64,000 bases of DNA from assembly GCA_052034495.1 (NCBI GenBank), contig JBPOIL010000010.1, positions 14,457 to 78,456 of the forward strand, given 5' to 3'. Position 1 is the stretch's first letter. Each line of letters begins with the position of its first letter. Position numbers and translations under genes: made by a program. The DNA comes from Patescibacteria group bacterium (GTDB lineage: Bacteria; Patescibacteriota; Saccharimonadia; CAILAD01; JADZBC01). Below, piece after piece: positions 48,576-57,807 of the stretch. The notes under the pieces are model-generated. The model searched no databases. It was not told the DNA's origin and saw only the letters and a list, made by a program, of their open reading frames with translations.

Positions 48576-50078
48576 ATGAGCAAACTTCTCCGCGAACATG
48601 ACGACATGATCAACGCAGCCTTAAAGAAGGCTTCGGATCTAGGGGTTTACCTAGTGTTGAGAGTTAACAAGAATGAACGCATCTCCCTTGACTGGAAAGA
48701 TGGTGGCGTTGAGTCCGTTTCTATTGGGGATAAAACAGGGGTCGGGCTATACACGTTTACGGAGTCTGGTCATGTCGGCTTCGGCTCTAGCAACCTAATA
48801 AGCGAGGCCAATATCGTCGCTCTGGTAGAGAGTACTGCCGCCATCGCCAAAGCAAATGAACTCACAGGTACTGACAGCGCCAAAGAAATATACGGCCTAG
48901 CCAAACAAGAGAACCTTGGTGAAGACGGCCTCCACTATAATACTGTCGAGGTAGCTTCAATCGACCAGAGTGACCTGCAAAAATACTGCAAGAAGATCGA
49001 AGATATCATCTTGGCGAACGGCAAGGACGTACGCCCGATCATTAGCACGAGCTACGAGCAAGTCCAGTGGCGAATTCTACGTAGTGACGGGACTGACGTC
49101 GACTTTGCCCTGCCCTACGCCCGTGCCAGAATCAGTATGACGCTGCGCAAAGACGATGTCTCGACTCGAGGATTCGTAGCCCTATTCAAACCAAGCCTGC
49201 AAGCACTCTTGGACGACCTAGGAACACCGAGTGAACTCATAGCCCGCGAAGTTGCAATGATGCGCGACCAACTGAAAGTCGGCCCAGTCCAAGATCCTGG
49301 TACGAACAAGCCCGTCTTGATAGCTGGCGATCTAGCCGGAACGTTGGTACATGAAGCTCTGGGGCATCCGGCCGAATCAGATGCTGTTGCTGAAAACGCA
49401 AGTGTGCTTGGCGATGAAAACAGCCAGTTTACAAAAGGGGCTCTAGTCGCCGCCATAGGGGTTACTGTCGTTGATCACGAAGAAGGACTAAACCACGGCT
49501 TTCATCCGTACGGCACGTTCGGGAACAAGCGCGAACCAGTAACAATTATTGACGATGGCATACTTAAAGAATCACTAAGTGACATATTTACAGCGGCAAA
49601 GTCCGGTGTGGCAAACAAGAACACCGAACGGAGCGAAGACTATAGCATGGTCGCAATCCCGCGCATGTCCACCACCTACATTAAGCTCTCTCCCGAGCTG
49701 CTTATAGAAACTGACCTAGCGAGTACTGAGCCACAAGCGGTCCAGGCTGCCCTAAAGAAACACGGCATATTTAAGAAATACCCGACCATCCACTACCTTA
49801 TTGGTTTTAGGGGTGGTTCAGTCTCGCCAAAAACTGGAACATTTATGTTCGGGTCAGGCTACACTTACGAGCTTAGTGAAAAAGGAGCAAAGGCAGTTAA
49901 GCCAGCTTCATTCAGTGGTGATGTCCTTGGCGCACTTAAGTCAATTGAGTTTGGTGCCGGCAAACTCACGACGGACGACATTGGCTACTGCGGTAAATCT
50001 AGTCAGCGCGCCTATGTGAGTGATGGCGGTCATGAGCTCATATTCTTTGCGCCAACCAAGCACGTGGGGATAGCATAA
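48576..50078 (+). CDS. tldD: TldD-family metalloprotease
   Basis: HEALGHPAESD, PRMSTTY, GYCGK. Confidence 0.88.
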   Translation: MSKLLREHDDMINAALKKASDLGVYLVLRVNKNERISLDWKDGGVESVSIGDKTGVGLYTFTESGHVGFGSSNLISEANIVALVESTAAIAKANELTGTDSAKEIYGLAKQENLGEDGLHYNTVEVASIDQSDLQKYCKKIEDIILANGKDVRPIISTSYEQVQWRILRSDGTDVDFALPYARARISMTLRKDDVSTRGFVALFKPSLQALLDDLGTPSELIAREVAMMRDQLKVGPVQDPGTNKPVLIAGDLAGTLVHEALGHPAESDAVAENASVLGDENSQFTKGALVAAIGVTVVDHEEGLNHGFHPYGTFGNKREPVTIIDDGILKESLSDIFTAAKSGVANKNTERSEDYSMVAIPRMSTTYIKLSPELLIETDLASTEPQAVQAALKKHGIFKKYPTIHYLIGFRGGSVSPKTGTFMFGSGYTYELSEKGAKAVKPASFSGDVLGALKSIEFGAGKLTTDDIGYCGKSSQRAYVSDGGHELIFFAPTKHVGIA

Positions 50079-51364
50079 TGGAAAAGATGATTGAAGAGCT
50101 GGCATCTAAGCTCAAGGCGGATCCGTCAATCTCAAAGTACCAACTGAGTCACAGTGTAAACCGTACAGTCAGTGGCGGCTTCCTTAATAATGCTGTTGGC
50201 GGCATATATAGGCCTGTCCAGGTATGTGATAAGTCGGCCATGTCATACCGGGTTGAGTTTGCAGATGGCCAGGCAAGTAACGGCGGCATGCCGGCAAGCA
50301 CAGAGATCAAGCAAATAATCAAAGTGATCAACCAGGGCAAGCACAAACCGACTGAACAAATCGAGATCGCGCCTAAACTAGATACTATTCCGAACATCAA
50401 GCTCATGGATACCGAGCTAGCTGCCAAGATTCAAGGCGAGCCTGATTTTATTAGCCAATCTGTCAAGGAACTCCAGAATAACCATAATTTCGAAGAGATA
50501 GAAAATACTGAGGGAGAAATAGAAGCGACGCATGGCATGACGAGGATCGTGAACTCGAACGGTCTAGACATTACATCTGAGGGCACCAAGTATTCGTCCT
50601 ATGTCTCACTTAATGACCGTATTGGTTACGCTGAGTCGACACGAAGGCTGCAAGACCCTCGAGCTATGCAGAACTATAGCAACCACTATACCGAGATTGC
50701 TCTTGCCCTAGAATCAAAGCCGGCCGAGCTAGCTTCTAACACATACCCGGTACTCTTTTCTTCAAGCACTGGCTGGAGCATACTGGGTGCGTATTTGCGC
50801 TCAAATCTGAGTGGATTTAACCTTGATGCCGGACAAAGCCGCTTCACACTTGATGAGCTTAAGTCTCACAAGCAAATTGCTCACGATGGTTTTAATTTAT
50901 CTTACAACCAGCTCGTGGACATGGACCCGTACAGCTTTAAATTCGACGGCGAAGGCATTCCTGCCCAGAAGTTTGAGCTTATAAAAGGCGGTAAACTTGT
51001 TGATCCTATTTGCGACCTTAAGTCGGCCCATAAGCTGGGTCATGTGCCGCGCTCGCTCGGCGGGCTAAAAACCAATCTTGTGCAGGCGACTGAATATGAT
51101 GAGTTCAAGAAGGAAAAGCCTACTTTCCTGCTGGTCTTTGGACTTCTCGGCCTTCACTCAGTAAACAACGTAACTGGTGACTTCTCCCTCCCATCAGACA
51201 ACATACTTCTCGTGCAGGACGGGAAGATTATTGGTCCAGTCAATGGAGTTTTTAGCGGCAACTTCTTCGACATTCTCATGCAGCCTTCAACTGGCTTCGT
51301 AAACGCTCCACATCTGTTCGACTCACCAGCCCTTACCTTCGAAACTCAAGTAACGGTAAAGTAA
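50078..51364 (+). CDS. PmbA/TldE-family protein
   Basis: Coupled to tldD; FDGEGIP, GLHSVN.VTGDFS, SGNFFD. Confidence 0.82.
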   Translation: MEKMIEELASKLKADPSISKYQLSHSVNRTVSGGFLNNAVGGIYRPVQVCDKSAMSYRVEFADGQASNGGMPASTEIKQIIKVINQGKHKPTEQIEIAPKLDTIPNIKLMDTELAAKIQGEPDFISQSVKELQNNHNFEEIENTEGEIEATHGMTRIVNSNGLDITSEGTKYSSYVSLNDRIGYAESTRRLQDPRAMQNYSNHYTEIALALESKPAELASNTYPVLFSSSTGWSILGAYLRSNLSGFNLDAGQSRFTLDELKSHKQIAHDGFNLSYNQLVDMDPYSFKFDGEGIPAQKFELIKGGKLVDPICDLKSAHKLGHVPRSLGGLKTNLVQATEYDEFKKEKPTFLLVFGLLGLHSVNNVTGDFSLPSDNILLVQDGKIIGPVNGVFSGNFFDILMQPSTGFVNAPHLFDSPALTFETQVTVK

Positions 51365-51550
51365 CCCGAATAGGAGAAGGCCCAGAGTCGAAACCCTGGG
51401 CCTTATTCACCCTCCTTCGATGCAGGTCTATGACCCGCTCAGATAGCCGTCGCTCGGCTAGCACACTATTCCCTTGTGCTAGGGTCGCTGCCATTATGTT
51501 GCCTGGCTGCAGCGAGGTGATTCTTCCGAATCTACCACGGGCCAAAGCCC

Positions 51551-51868
51551 TCAGAAGCGGCTGCTGCACTCCTTGGGGAGCATCAACACGTCGCCCTTGC
51601 TGAACTGCTCCTTGCCGTAGACCTCACTGCGCTGGATGATCAGCCGGCGCCACGCCTGGAGCGACTCGCGCCCCGGCTTGGTCGTCTTGGCGAACTCGTC
51701 CATCGTCAGCGGCGTCTGCAGCGTCACTGCCGCTTCGCAGCCGTAGCGGTCGTTCAGCGACTGGCCGTTGAGTGAGTGGCTCACGCCACCGCAGCCGGCC
51801 AGCACGAAGACGAGGAGGATTGCCGCAGTAACCGCGCGGCGCCGATGAGTGGTGATGTGTGTGTTCAT
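51551..51868 (-). CDS. Putative lipoprotein with LysM-like domain
   Basis: Signal peptide plus lipobox LAGC; Cys pair flanking ...FA...W..LII.R...KGDVLMLP; paralogue of 57370-57678. Confidence 0.7.
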   Translation of the reverse strand: MNTHITTHRRRAVTAAILLVFVLAGCGGVSHSLNGQSLNDRYGCEAAVTLQTPLTMDEFAKTTKPGRESLQAWRRLIIQRSEVYGKEQFSKGDVLMLPKECSSRF

Positions 51869-51925
51869 CTCGCTACTGGCATTACCAGCAATGAGATGAA
51901 CACAACGCTCAACCGAATTTCAACT

Positions 51926-51977
51926 CCTGTTTCGCCATAACTTGGCTCATCGGTGCAGATCACTATCTGCAGACAGG
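51926..51977 (-). ncRNA. Type III hammerhead ribozyme (core variant CCGAUGA)
   Basis: CCUG-UC^UGCAGAU-AGUG-AUCUGCA-CCGAUGA-GCCA-AGUUA-UGGC-GAAA-CAGG; predicted cut between 51972 and 51971. Confidence 0.8.
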
Positions 51978-52165
51978 GTCCCTCCAAGGAGCACGTCCTG
52001 CTCCCTGTAGGGATTTACGCATTGCCCGATCGGGCTTGAAGGCCACTTCGCGCTGGCCTGCTCTCTTTTTGTGGTCATGAGCTAGACCGTTGCGGTGCCT
52101 AGAAGGCTTCTTTTTCTCGCCAACTATACTTCTGTTGTCAGGCCGTCGCTACGGCCCCGAAGCTC

Positions 52166-52324
52166 CTACCGGCGGCGGCGTGGGTTCGGCGGACCGAACG
52201 CCTCGTCGTAGCTGATGGGGTCCCCCTTGAGGTCTTCCGGATCCTCATCCGTCTCCCAGCGCCCAAACAGGACATTGCGAGGATCGAACGATGCACCTTC
52301 ATGCTCTTCTGAACTACGTGGCAT
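52166..52324 (-). CDS. Unannotated 52-aa acidic peptide between two hammerheads
   Basis: SD AAGGGG then ATG; MPRSSEEHEGASFDPRNVLFGRWETDEDPEDLKGDPISYDEAFGPPNPRRRR. Confidence 0.55.
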   Translation of the reverse strand: MPRSSEEHEGASFDPRNVLFGRWETDEDPEDLKGDPISYDEAFGPPNPRRRR

Positions 52325-52428
52325 AACCGCCCCTTGCTACGGAGTTGCGATTCAACTCCCCGACGGGAGGCACCCGCCTCTTACCTCCGGCTGGGGAGTT
52401 GAATTGTTAAAGTCTGTAAAAGTTCTCT

Positions 52429-52481
52429 GATAGTTTCGTCATTTCTGACTCATCAGCTCGGACATACATCCGAGGACTATC
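52429..52481 (-). ncRNA. Type III hammerhead ribozyme (canonical)
   Basis: GAUAG-UC^CUCGGA-UGUAUG-UCCGAG-CUGAUGA-GUCA-GAAA-UGAC-GAAA-CUAUC; predicted cut between 52475 and 52474. Confidence 0.93.
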
Positions 52482-53306
52482 TACTCACGAACCCTTAACG
52501 GGCTCGCGAGCGACCCTGGGGAGCCTCTGCACGACAGCGCAAAGTCTACAACCCAGGTAAGGTTTGCCTAGCTTCACTCGACCGAGTGACCTAGAGCGGC
52601 TTACCTTCTGCCGCGGCGTGATTGCGTTCGCCTTAGAGGGCATACCGGTTTTCAGGCCGTGTATGTCCGGGGTAGCGAAACGCACTTTTAGCTAGTGGAG
52701 TTAACCCCGGATCACTTGTTGGTCTCCCACCACTCTCGTGGTCGCGCGTCCCGCTTGGGACTACACGTCGGGGTTTGTACCCGCAGGCTGATCCAATCTC
52801 CTCTCCTGTGCATACCCCTTTCTCCGCGCCGCGGAGGGTTTGGACGGGCCGCCCTCATCGCTCGATCGCGACATGCACTTTACTAGCATCGAACTGTGGC
52901 TGTGATTGGCGGGGATGCTTCCGCGCAATCACTTTGCTAAGGTCTATCCAGGTAAGCTGCGGGTAGCAACCTTACTGGACTCCTTGGCTTCTAGGTACTA
53001 CGTAGCTCTGGGAGGATCTGGTACCTCAACCGGAGCCGGGGTTGTCATGGCCGTGCTTTCGCTCGGCGCCCCTATTCCCTAAGGGCACGTGCCATACGCG
53101 CCCACTTTCGTCCACAATCCTCGCTCGCATAGGCTGGCAAGGAAACTCCCGAAGGAGCGCTGTCCGTGAACATTTGTTGGCCTCAACAGCCAGGGTGCTG
53201 GCGTCCTGTCATGCTTGGTGTAAATATTTACAGAACCCAGCGCCTTGACTGTCGATAACCTTTGACGTTTATTTTTTGAAGTTCTACGCGCTCTTCAGCT
53301 GCACTG
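52475..53306 (-). ncRNA. Candidate ~830-nt ornate structured RNA with a ribozyme-defined 3' end
   Basis: Promoter at 53313-53341, dense hairpins with GNRA/UUCG loops, no credible ORF, ends at the hammerhead cut. Confidence 0.6.
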
Positions 53307-53312
53307 TCGAGA

Positions 53313-53341
53313 ATATTACACGGTTGTTTATTTTTTGTCAA
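53313..53341 (-). promoter_or_regulatory. sigma70 promoter of the RNA/ribozyme operon
   Basis: TTGACA-17-TAATAT. Confidence 0.75.
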
Positions 53342-53464
53342 TACTTTTTGTCACTATATTGCAAACATTATGCAATATTATCTTGATCTAACCTGTAAAA
53401 TACTGTTGAACTTTCCAAACACTTAAGCATAAGCCTGTTGGGTACTTGTAGGTTTTTGTAACAA

Positions 53465-53850
53465 AAAACGCCCTTAAGGGCGCTTAGAGTGAGAATGATA
53501 TCTGTGATGCCAGGGTGGCCGACCGATCCCTCGCGGGAAAGGCCGGCCACCCACGTGGCGCAGAGCTGTGTCGTTCGGCGCTGGACGCACCGGCGAGAAA
53601 GCTCTGTGAGCACGGAGGCTCGTAGTTCCGAGCAGTGGTTGCTCGATTGCGGCCTGGGCGCTGGGCCCTGGCTACATCCGGTGATGAGGACGATCACTCG
53701 CCCTCCTCCTGGTTGTTGTTGGCGGCTAGATGCCGCCACCGATGCGAGCGGTCATGGTAGACCTCCCTGTGTATGACGGGCTTGCGCCATCTCGAGACGA
53801 TCCCGAGATACGGCAGCTATGCACGCATCATGTGCACTGCCGTCAGTCAG
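53465..53850 (-). other. GC-rich structured transcription unit of unclear coding status
   Basis: Promoter TTGACA-17-TATTAT (~53856-53884), multi-hairpin leader, two SD sequences, terminator GCGCCC-TTAA-GGGCGTTTTTT. Confidence 0.45.
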
Positions 53851-53887
53851 TGTTGATAATAGCAGATTTAGCCATAATTGTCAAGCT

Positions 53888-54649
53888 TTATTGACGTTTT
53901 TGGTTATTCCAGGCGAGCTCGAACAGCTGTCTTAATGCGGCTGCGATCTCTTTGCTTTCAATAATTACGCTAATGGAGTCATGTTCCCCGTAGGTGCCGA
54001 TAGCAACGCCTTCTTCGTAGAGAGCAATGTCGGCCGAAATCGGTGTATCCAGCTTAGACGTCTCCCTCATCAAGCTCTTATCCGTGTTCAGGTCCCCGAT
54101 AGTTGAGTAGTAGAACATCTTACTTGATATCTTTTTCTTTAGGCGCTTTGTCGGGTTGGCCTTCAACGCATCCGGAAAGAGTTTAACGACTTCGTTATAG
54201 TCAGAGAGGGCGTACACGGAAGACCCAGTTCTAGCCTTCCTGCGGAGGTAGCCATCAATGGCGACTGCACCTTCCTTACCGCGGAAAAACCTTACCTCTG
54301 GAGCGTCAGAAGAGCCGCCGTGCTCCTGCTGCTTTAGACTTGGCATTAAGCTCTTCAATTCACTCTTTTTTGCCTCAATACTTGTCTTCTGGCCTTCCAG
54401 ATATCGTTCTAGAGCCTCGGGGGGTTCGGCAACGAAAACAGTTTTTTTACCCTCTGTAGACTGGCTAACCATGCCCATCCCGGCAAGCTCATCGAGAATT
54501 ACATAGGTGGTAGCACGGTTTACTTCGGCTTGCTGAGCTATCTTTTGCGCGCTTGCTGAACCTAGAAAAAGCGCAGCCACGTACACACGGGCTTGCTTGT
54601 CGGTCAATCCAACAGATTGTAGTTTGGTTGCGAGTTCGATTATTTGCAT
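53888..54649 (-). CDS. TrmB-family transcriptional regulator
   Basis: GLTDKQARVY..L...IAQQAEVNRATTY HTH; PEVRFFRGKEG; LRQLFELAW. Confidence 0.9.
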   Translation of the reverse strand: MQIIELATKLQSVGLTDKQARVYVAALFLGSASAQKIAQQAEVNRATTYVILDELAGMGMVSQSTEGKKTVFVAEPPEALERYLEGQKTSIEAKKSELKSLMPSLKQQEHGGSSDAPEVRFFRGKEGAVAIDGYLRRKARTGSSVYALSDYNEVVKLFPDALKANPTKRLKKKISSKMFYYSTIGDLNTDKSLMRETSKLDTPISADIALYEEGVAIGTYGEHDSISVIIESKEIAAALRQLFELAWNNQKRQ

Positions 54650-54760
54650 GCCCTACAATATACTATATTTGTCAAAATTTGTCAACATAATATAATTCTA
54701 ACCTGTACAGAGTGTCATAATGATGTTAGAATAGGCTGTCTCTGATGAAAGGAGATCACC

Positions 54761-54952
54761 GTGGGGAGCCTCCCCGCCGTAACCAAACCCGCCGGCCAAC
54801 GAGTGGCCTGCATCAACTTCAGAACGCAGATGGCAGCAACGCTGTCGAGCACTCCTTCTCGAGGAGATCCACCCAGCCCCTCAACGCTGGAGCACGTCAG
54901 CTCTTGTGGCTTCTGCCAGCTCGAACGATCAGGCCTTCTGAGGCTCAACTGA
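54761..54952 (+). CDS. GC-rich orphan, 63 aa, H..SCGFC motif
   Basis: SD AAAGGAG then GTG; hairpin at ~54981-55013; the C...HxxxCxxC pattern resembles a ZAS zinc site. Confidence 0.5.
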   Translation: MGSLPAVTKPAGQRVACINFRTQMAATLSSTPSRGDPPSPSTLEHVSSCGFCQLERSGLLRLN

Positions 54953-55061
54953 TGCCCAGGGCGAACAAAGCCCAATATATGCCACCTACTACCCTTCCCT
55001 GGGTGGTAGGTGGCATAAGCATTTTGTGATACTATTCAGGGTGAATAGGAGGCATGTACCA

Positions 55062-56234
55062 ATGCTAGAAAACAGCTCAAAAGGGGGTGAACCCCTCTCA
55101 TTTAATCCTCAAGCCAATGCCGAGATCATCAACGACGCACTAAAAGACCCTACCTACGACCCAGACGAACTCGAGGGGCTCACCAAGGAGGCTACCGCCG
55201 GCATAGGGGATTATCAAAGAAGCCAGGAGTTTGCAGACCTTACGGCAGAAGACGAAGTCACATCCATGGCGCATGAAACAATAACAAGCCTTACCGAGAT
55301 AGCATCGGACGCTGGCAAGACTCTCAATGAGATGCTTTGCGACCCTGCATTTACAGATAAAGTCCTAAGTGGTGAAACCGCCGGCATGGACCCCCGTGAC
55401 AGAGTTCGTCTGCTTGGAATAATCGCCCTGACTGCAAAGCCCGCCGGCCAGTTCTACACTGAACAAACAGTTATTAGCCGTAATGATGAAACACCAGCGG
55501 GAAAGTCTTGGCGCAAAGCAGTCAACTCGCTCCGCTCGTTCGCATACGACGAACCTACGGCAGCTAGATTTGAGGAAGCTAGTGGCGATAAGGTAGCGAT
55601 GCAGAAACTCGAAGACAGGGTGCGAGCTGCTGCCCAGGCAAGATACTGGTTAGCCAACCTAACAGAAGCTACACACACTACTCAACCGCCAGGAGACACC
55701 CAGAAGGGGCTGCAAGAAAGAGTCGAAGCCTCCACAGCAATTGACCTAGCTGACTTCATGCAGATACCCATAGGTGAGCTTGATTTCACGGTTCTCCCAG
55801 CTGGTAGTGGCGAAACACGGGCCAGCGGATCATCAGAGGATCGCGCCCATGCCGACACAATCCTCCGCGAAATAGACCCAGCAAGGATAGCTCTAATCAA
55901 AGAGTTAATCGGTATGTTCCCCGATAAGAACGGCCGCGTATACCTCTCGAGGAAACGCGATAAGAACGGGGAGCTCCACCGGAGCGTGCAGCTAGTGACT
56001 GTTTTTGATATCGACGACGCGCACCAAGTAGCAATGGCGGAGCGTCCAGCTGGCCATATTAGGAATAATGAAGCAGCAATCTATATCGTAAGTGAGCTCG
56101 TAACAGCAGGTACCTGGCAGGAAGTGCTGGCAGTGGAAAGAAAAGAGATTACAGGCTACGGTGCCGAGAAGGTCGTGCATGCGGGCGATTGGGAGAACAG
56201 AATAAGGAATAGACTCCGAGAGATATTGGTATAA
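55062..56234 (+). CDS. Hypothetical protein
   Basis: Long ORF; SD AGGAGG before ATG at 55062. Confidence 0.75.
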   Translation: MLENSSKGGEPLSFNPQANAEIINDALKDPTYDPDELEGLTKEATAGIGDYQRSQEFADLTAEDEVTSMAHETITSLTEIASDAGKTLNEMLCDPAFTDKVLSGETAGMDPRDRVRLLGIIALTAKPAGQFYTEQTVISRNDETPAGKSWRKAVNSLRSFAYDEPTAARFEEASGDKVAMQKLEDRVRAAAQARYWLANLTEATHTTQPPGDTQKGLQERVEASTAIDLADFMQIPIGELDFTVLPAGSGETRASGSSEDRAHADTILREIDPARIALIKELIGMFPDKNGRVYLSRKRDKNGELHRSVQLVTVFDIDDAHQVAMAERPAGHIRNNEAAIYIVSELVTAGTWQEVLAVERKEITGYGAEKVVHAGDWENRIRNRLREILV

Positions 56235-56250
56235 GAGTCTGAACATCAAC

Positions 56251-56283
56251 TAAAACACCCGAGGCGAACCTCGGGTGTTTTAG
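56251..56283. terminator. Bidirectional terminator
   Basis: AAAACACCCGAGG-CGAA-CCTCGGGTGTTTT. Confidence 0.85.
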
Positions 56284-56285
56284 TT

Positions 56286-56375
<90 letters not shown>

Positions 56376-56408
56376 AAACTAACTGGTATAGTTTAGCCGA
56401 AAGCCAGG

Positions 56409-57185
56409 CTATTTTCCAGCTTTACCGGCCCGCAAACCATCCCTGACAAGTCCAAATATCTGTGTCATAGCCTCGGCAATTTGTGGACTCTCTATAATGG
56501 TGCCAATCACTTCCTCGCCGTATGAGATTAGCGCGGTTTTATTGCCGTAAACATACATGTTCACCGGAGCAGTAAATGCCTCCCTGGGTGCCCAAGTCAT
56601 TTCCCTGAGCATTCGCTTGTCATTCTCCTGCCCATAGTGGATGTTGTCATCCTCGGCAGGCTCAATACCGTGGGCCTTAATCCCAAGCTTTGCACGCTGC
56701 TCCATGTGCTTATAGAGATCCTTACCAAGCACGTTAAAGTCTGCATCAGAGCGAATAAAGTAAATGTCCTGCGCCGTACGTCGCTGATCTTCGTACATCT
56801 TCATAATACCTTCTTTACCCTGAAAGAAGCGTACACCCGGCTGATGCTGGTAAGTATAGAAGTAATTAAGTAGCTGGGGCATACTGTCGCGCACCTGCTT
56901 TTCAGTACTCATTACATCTTTACGCTTCTGCTCTATCAAACGTTCAAGTGCTGTCGGGTTGGCGGGCCTATATAGCAGCTTCTTACCGCTCTCGTCCTTC
57001 TCAATAAGCCCCATGTCTACCAGGCGGTCGAGGACCATATATGAATTGGTGCGTGTTTCGCCAACCTTCTCGGCTAGCTGTGGTGCTGGTAGCGAGCCGA
57101 ATTTGATCAATGCTATGTAGGCTTTGGCTTGGCTTTTGGTCAAGCCTATTTGAGTGAGCAGCTCTATATTCATAGAGTTTATCAT
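56409..57185 (-). CDS. TrmB-family transcriptional regulator
   Basis: GLTKSQAKAY HTH, PGVRFFQGKEG, IIESPQIA; paralogue of 53888-54649. Confidence 0.9.
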   Translation of the reverse strand: MINSMNIELLTQIGLTKSQAKAYIALIKFGSLPAPQLAEKVGETRTNSYMVLDRLVDMGLIEKDESGKKLLYRPANPTALERLIEQKRKDVMSTEKQVRDSMPQLLNYFYTYQHQPGVRFFQGKEGIMKMYEDQRRTAQDIYFIRSDADFNVLGKDLYKHMEQRAKLGIKAHGIEPAEDDNIHYGQENDKRMLREMTWAPREAFTAPVNMYVYGNKTALISYGEEVIGTIIESPQIAEAMTQIFGLVRDGLRAGKAGK

Positions 57186-57271
57186 AGCAAAGATTGGCTA
57201 TTTTGTCAATCCTATTTTGACTATATAGTTACCTTTTCTTATCTGTTGGTCAATATAACGTATATTATATA

Positions 57272-57300
57272 TTGACTATTTAGGCCATTTATTGTATACT
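57272..57300 (+). promoter_or_regulatory. sigma70 promoter divergent from TrmB gene
   Basis: TTGACT-17-TATACT. Confidence 0.7.
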
Positions 57301-57369
57301 TCTCCAGGCTCAAGCAACACGGCTAGAGCCCGGGGAACACCACCCCGCCCGCTCCCTAAGGAGAGCACC

Positions 57370-57678
57370 TTGAAGACCACGACCACCCACCCCCGTAAGC
57401 GCTGGCTCGCCACCGCAGCCCTGACCCTGGCCGCCCTACTCGGCGCCCTAGGACTCAGCAGCTGCGCAGAGAGCACGCGAGACGCCTACGCCTGCAACAC
57501 CGAGGTGACGATCGACTACACCAAGCCGGTCAAGCTCAGCGACTTCGCGCAGGACACGGACCCGCGGGGCAACTGGCGAGAGTGGAAGCAGCTCCTCATC
57601 GAGCGCAACCACCTCTACGCGGACACCCTGAAGCCCGGGCAGAAGGTCAAGCTGCCTCAGGCCTGCAAGAAGGTCTGA
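57370..57678 (+). CDS. Putative lipoprotein with LysM-like domain
   Basis: SD AAGGAG then TTG at 57370; lipobox LSSC; LSDFA...LIERNHL..DTLKPGQKVKLP; Cys pair. Confidence 0.75.
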   Translation: MKTTTTHPRKRWLATAALTLAALLGALGLSSCAESTRDAYACNTEVTIDYTKPVKLSDFAQDTDPRGNWREWKQLLIERNHLYADTLKPGQKVKLPQACKKV

Positions 57679-57725
57679 GGGGAGGAGCACAAAGGTAAAC
57701 GGGGCGGTACCTACAAACCCGCCCC

Positions 57726-57782
57726 CTGACTCGGAGAGTAACGCGCTCTCCCTGACGATGACCGCGCACGGTCGAAAGTCAG
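57726..57782 (+). ncRNA. Type III hammerhead ribozyme (extra U after A9)
   Basis: CUGAC-UC^GGAGAG-UAACGCG-CUCUCC-CUGACGA-U-GACCG-CGCA-CGGUC-GAAA-GUCAG; predicted cut after 57732. Confidence 0.88.
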
Positions 57783-57807
57783 CACCGCACCCCACAAGGA
57801 GCAAACA

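Noticed and set aside
52746-52765. GUCCCAAGC twister-like loop
   Set aside because: Forms a simple GUCCC/GGGAC hairpin; twister P1/P2 and pseudoknots were not found.
52828-52875. GCGAUGA-GGGC..GUCC-AAAC hammerhead-like segment
   Set aside because: Core lacks C3/U4 and GAAA; stems I and III cannot be formed.
53281-53300. CUGAAGA as a fifth hammerhead core
   Set aside because: No stem II-GAAA-stem III arrangement follows.
53248-53341. Degenerate duplication AAAAAATAAAC...TCGACAGT near the large-RNA promoter
   Set aside because: Real but short; the second copy lacks -35/-10 consensus, so no function can be supported.
54742-54760. CTGATGA upstream of the 54761 ORF
   Set aside because: Runs directly into the SD; no stem II or GAAA.
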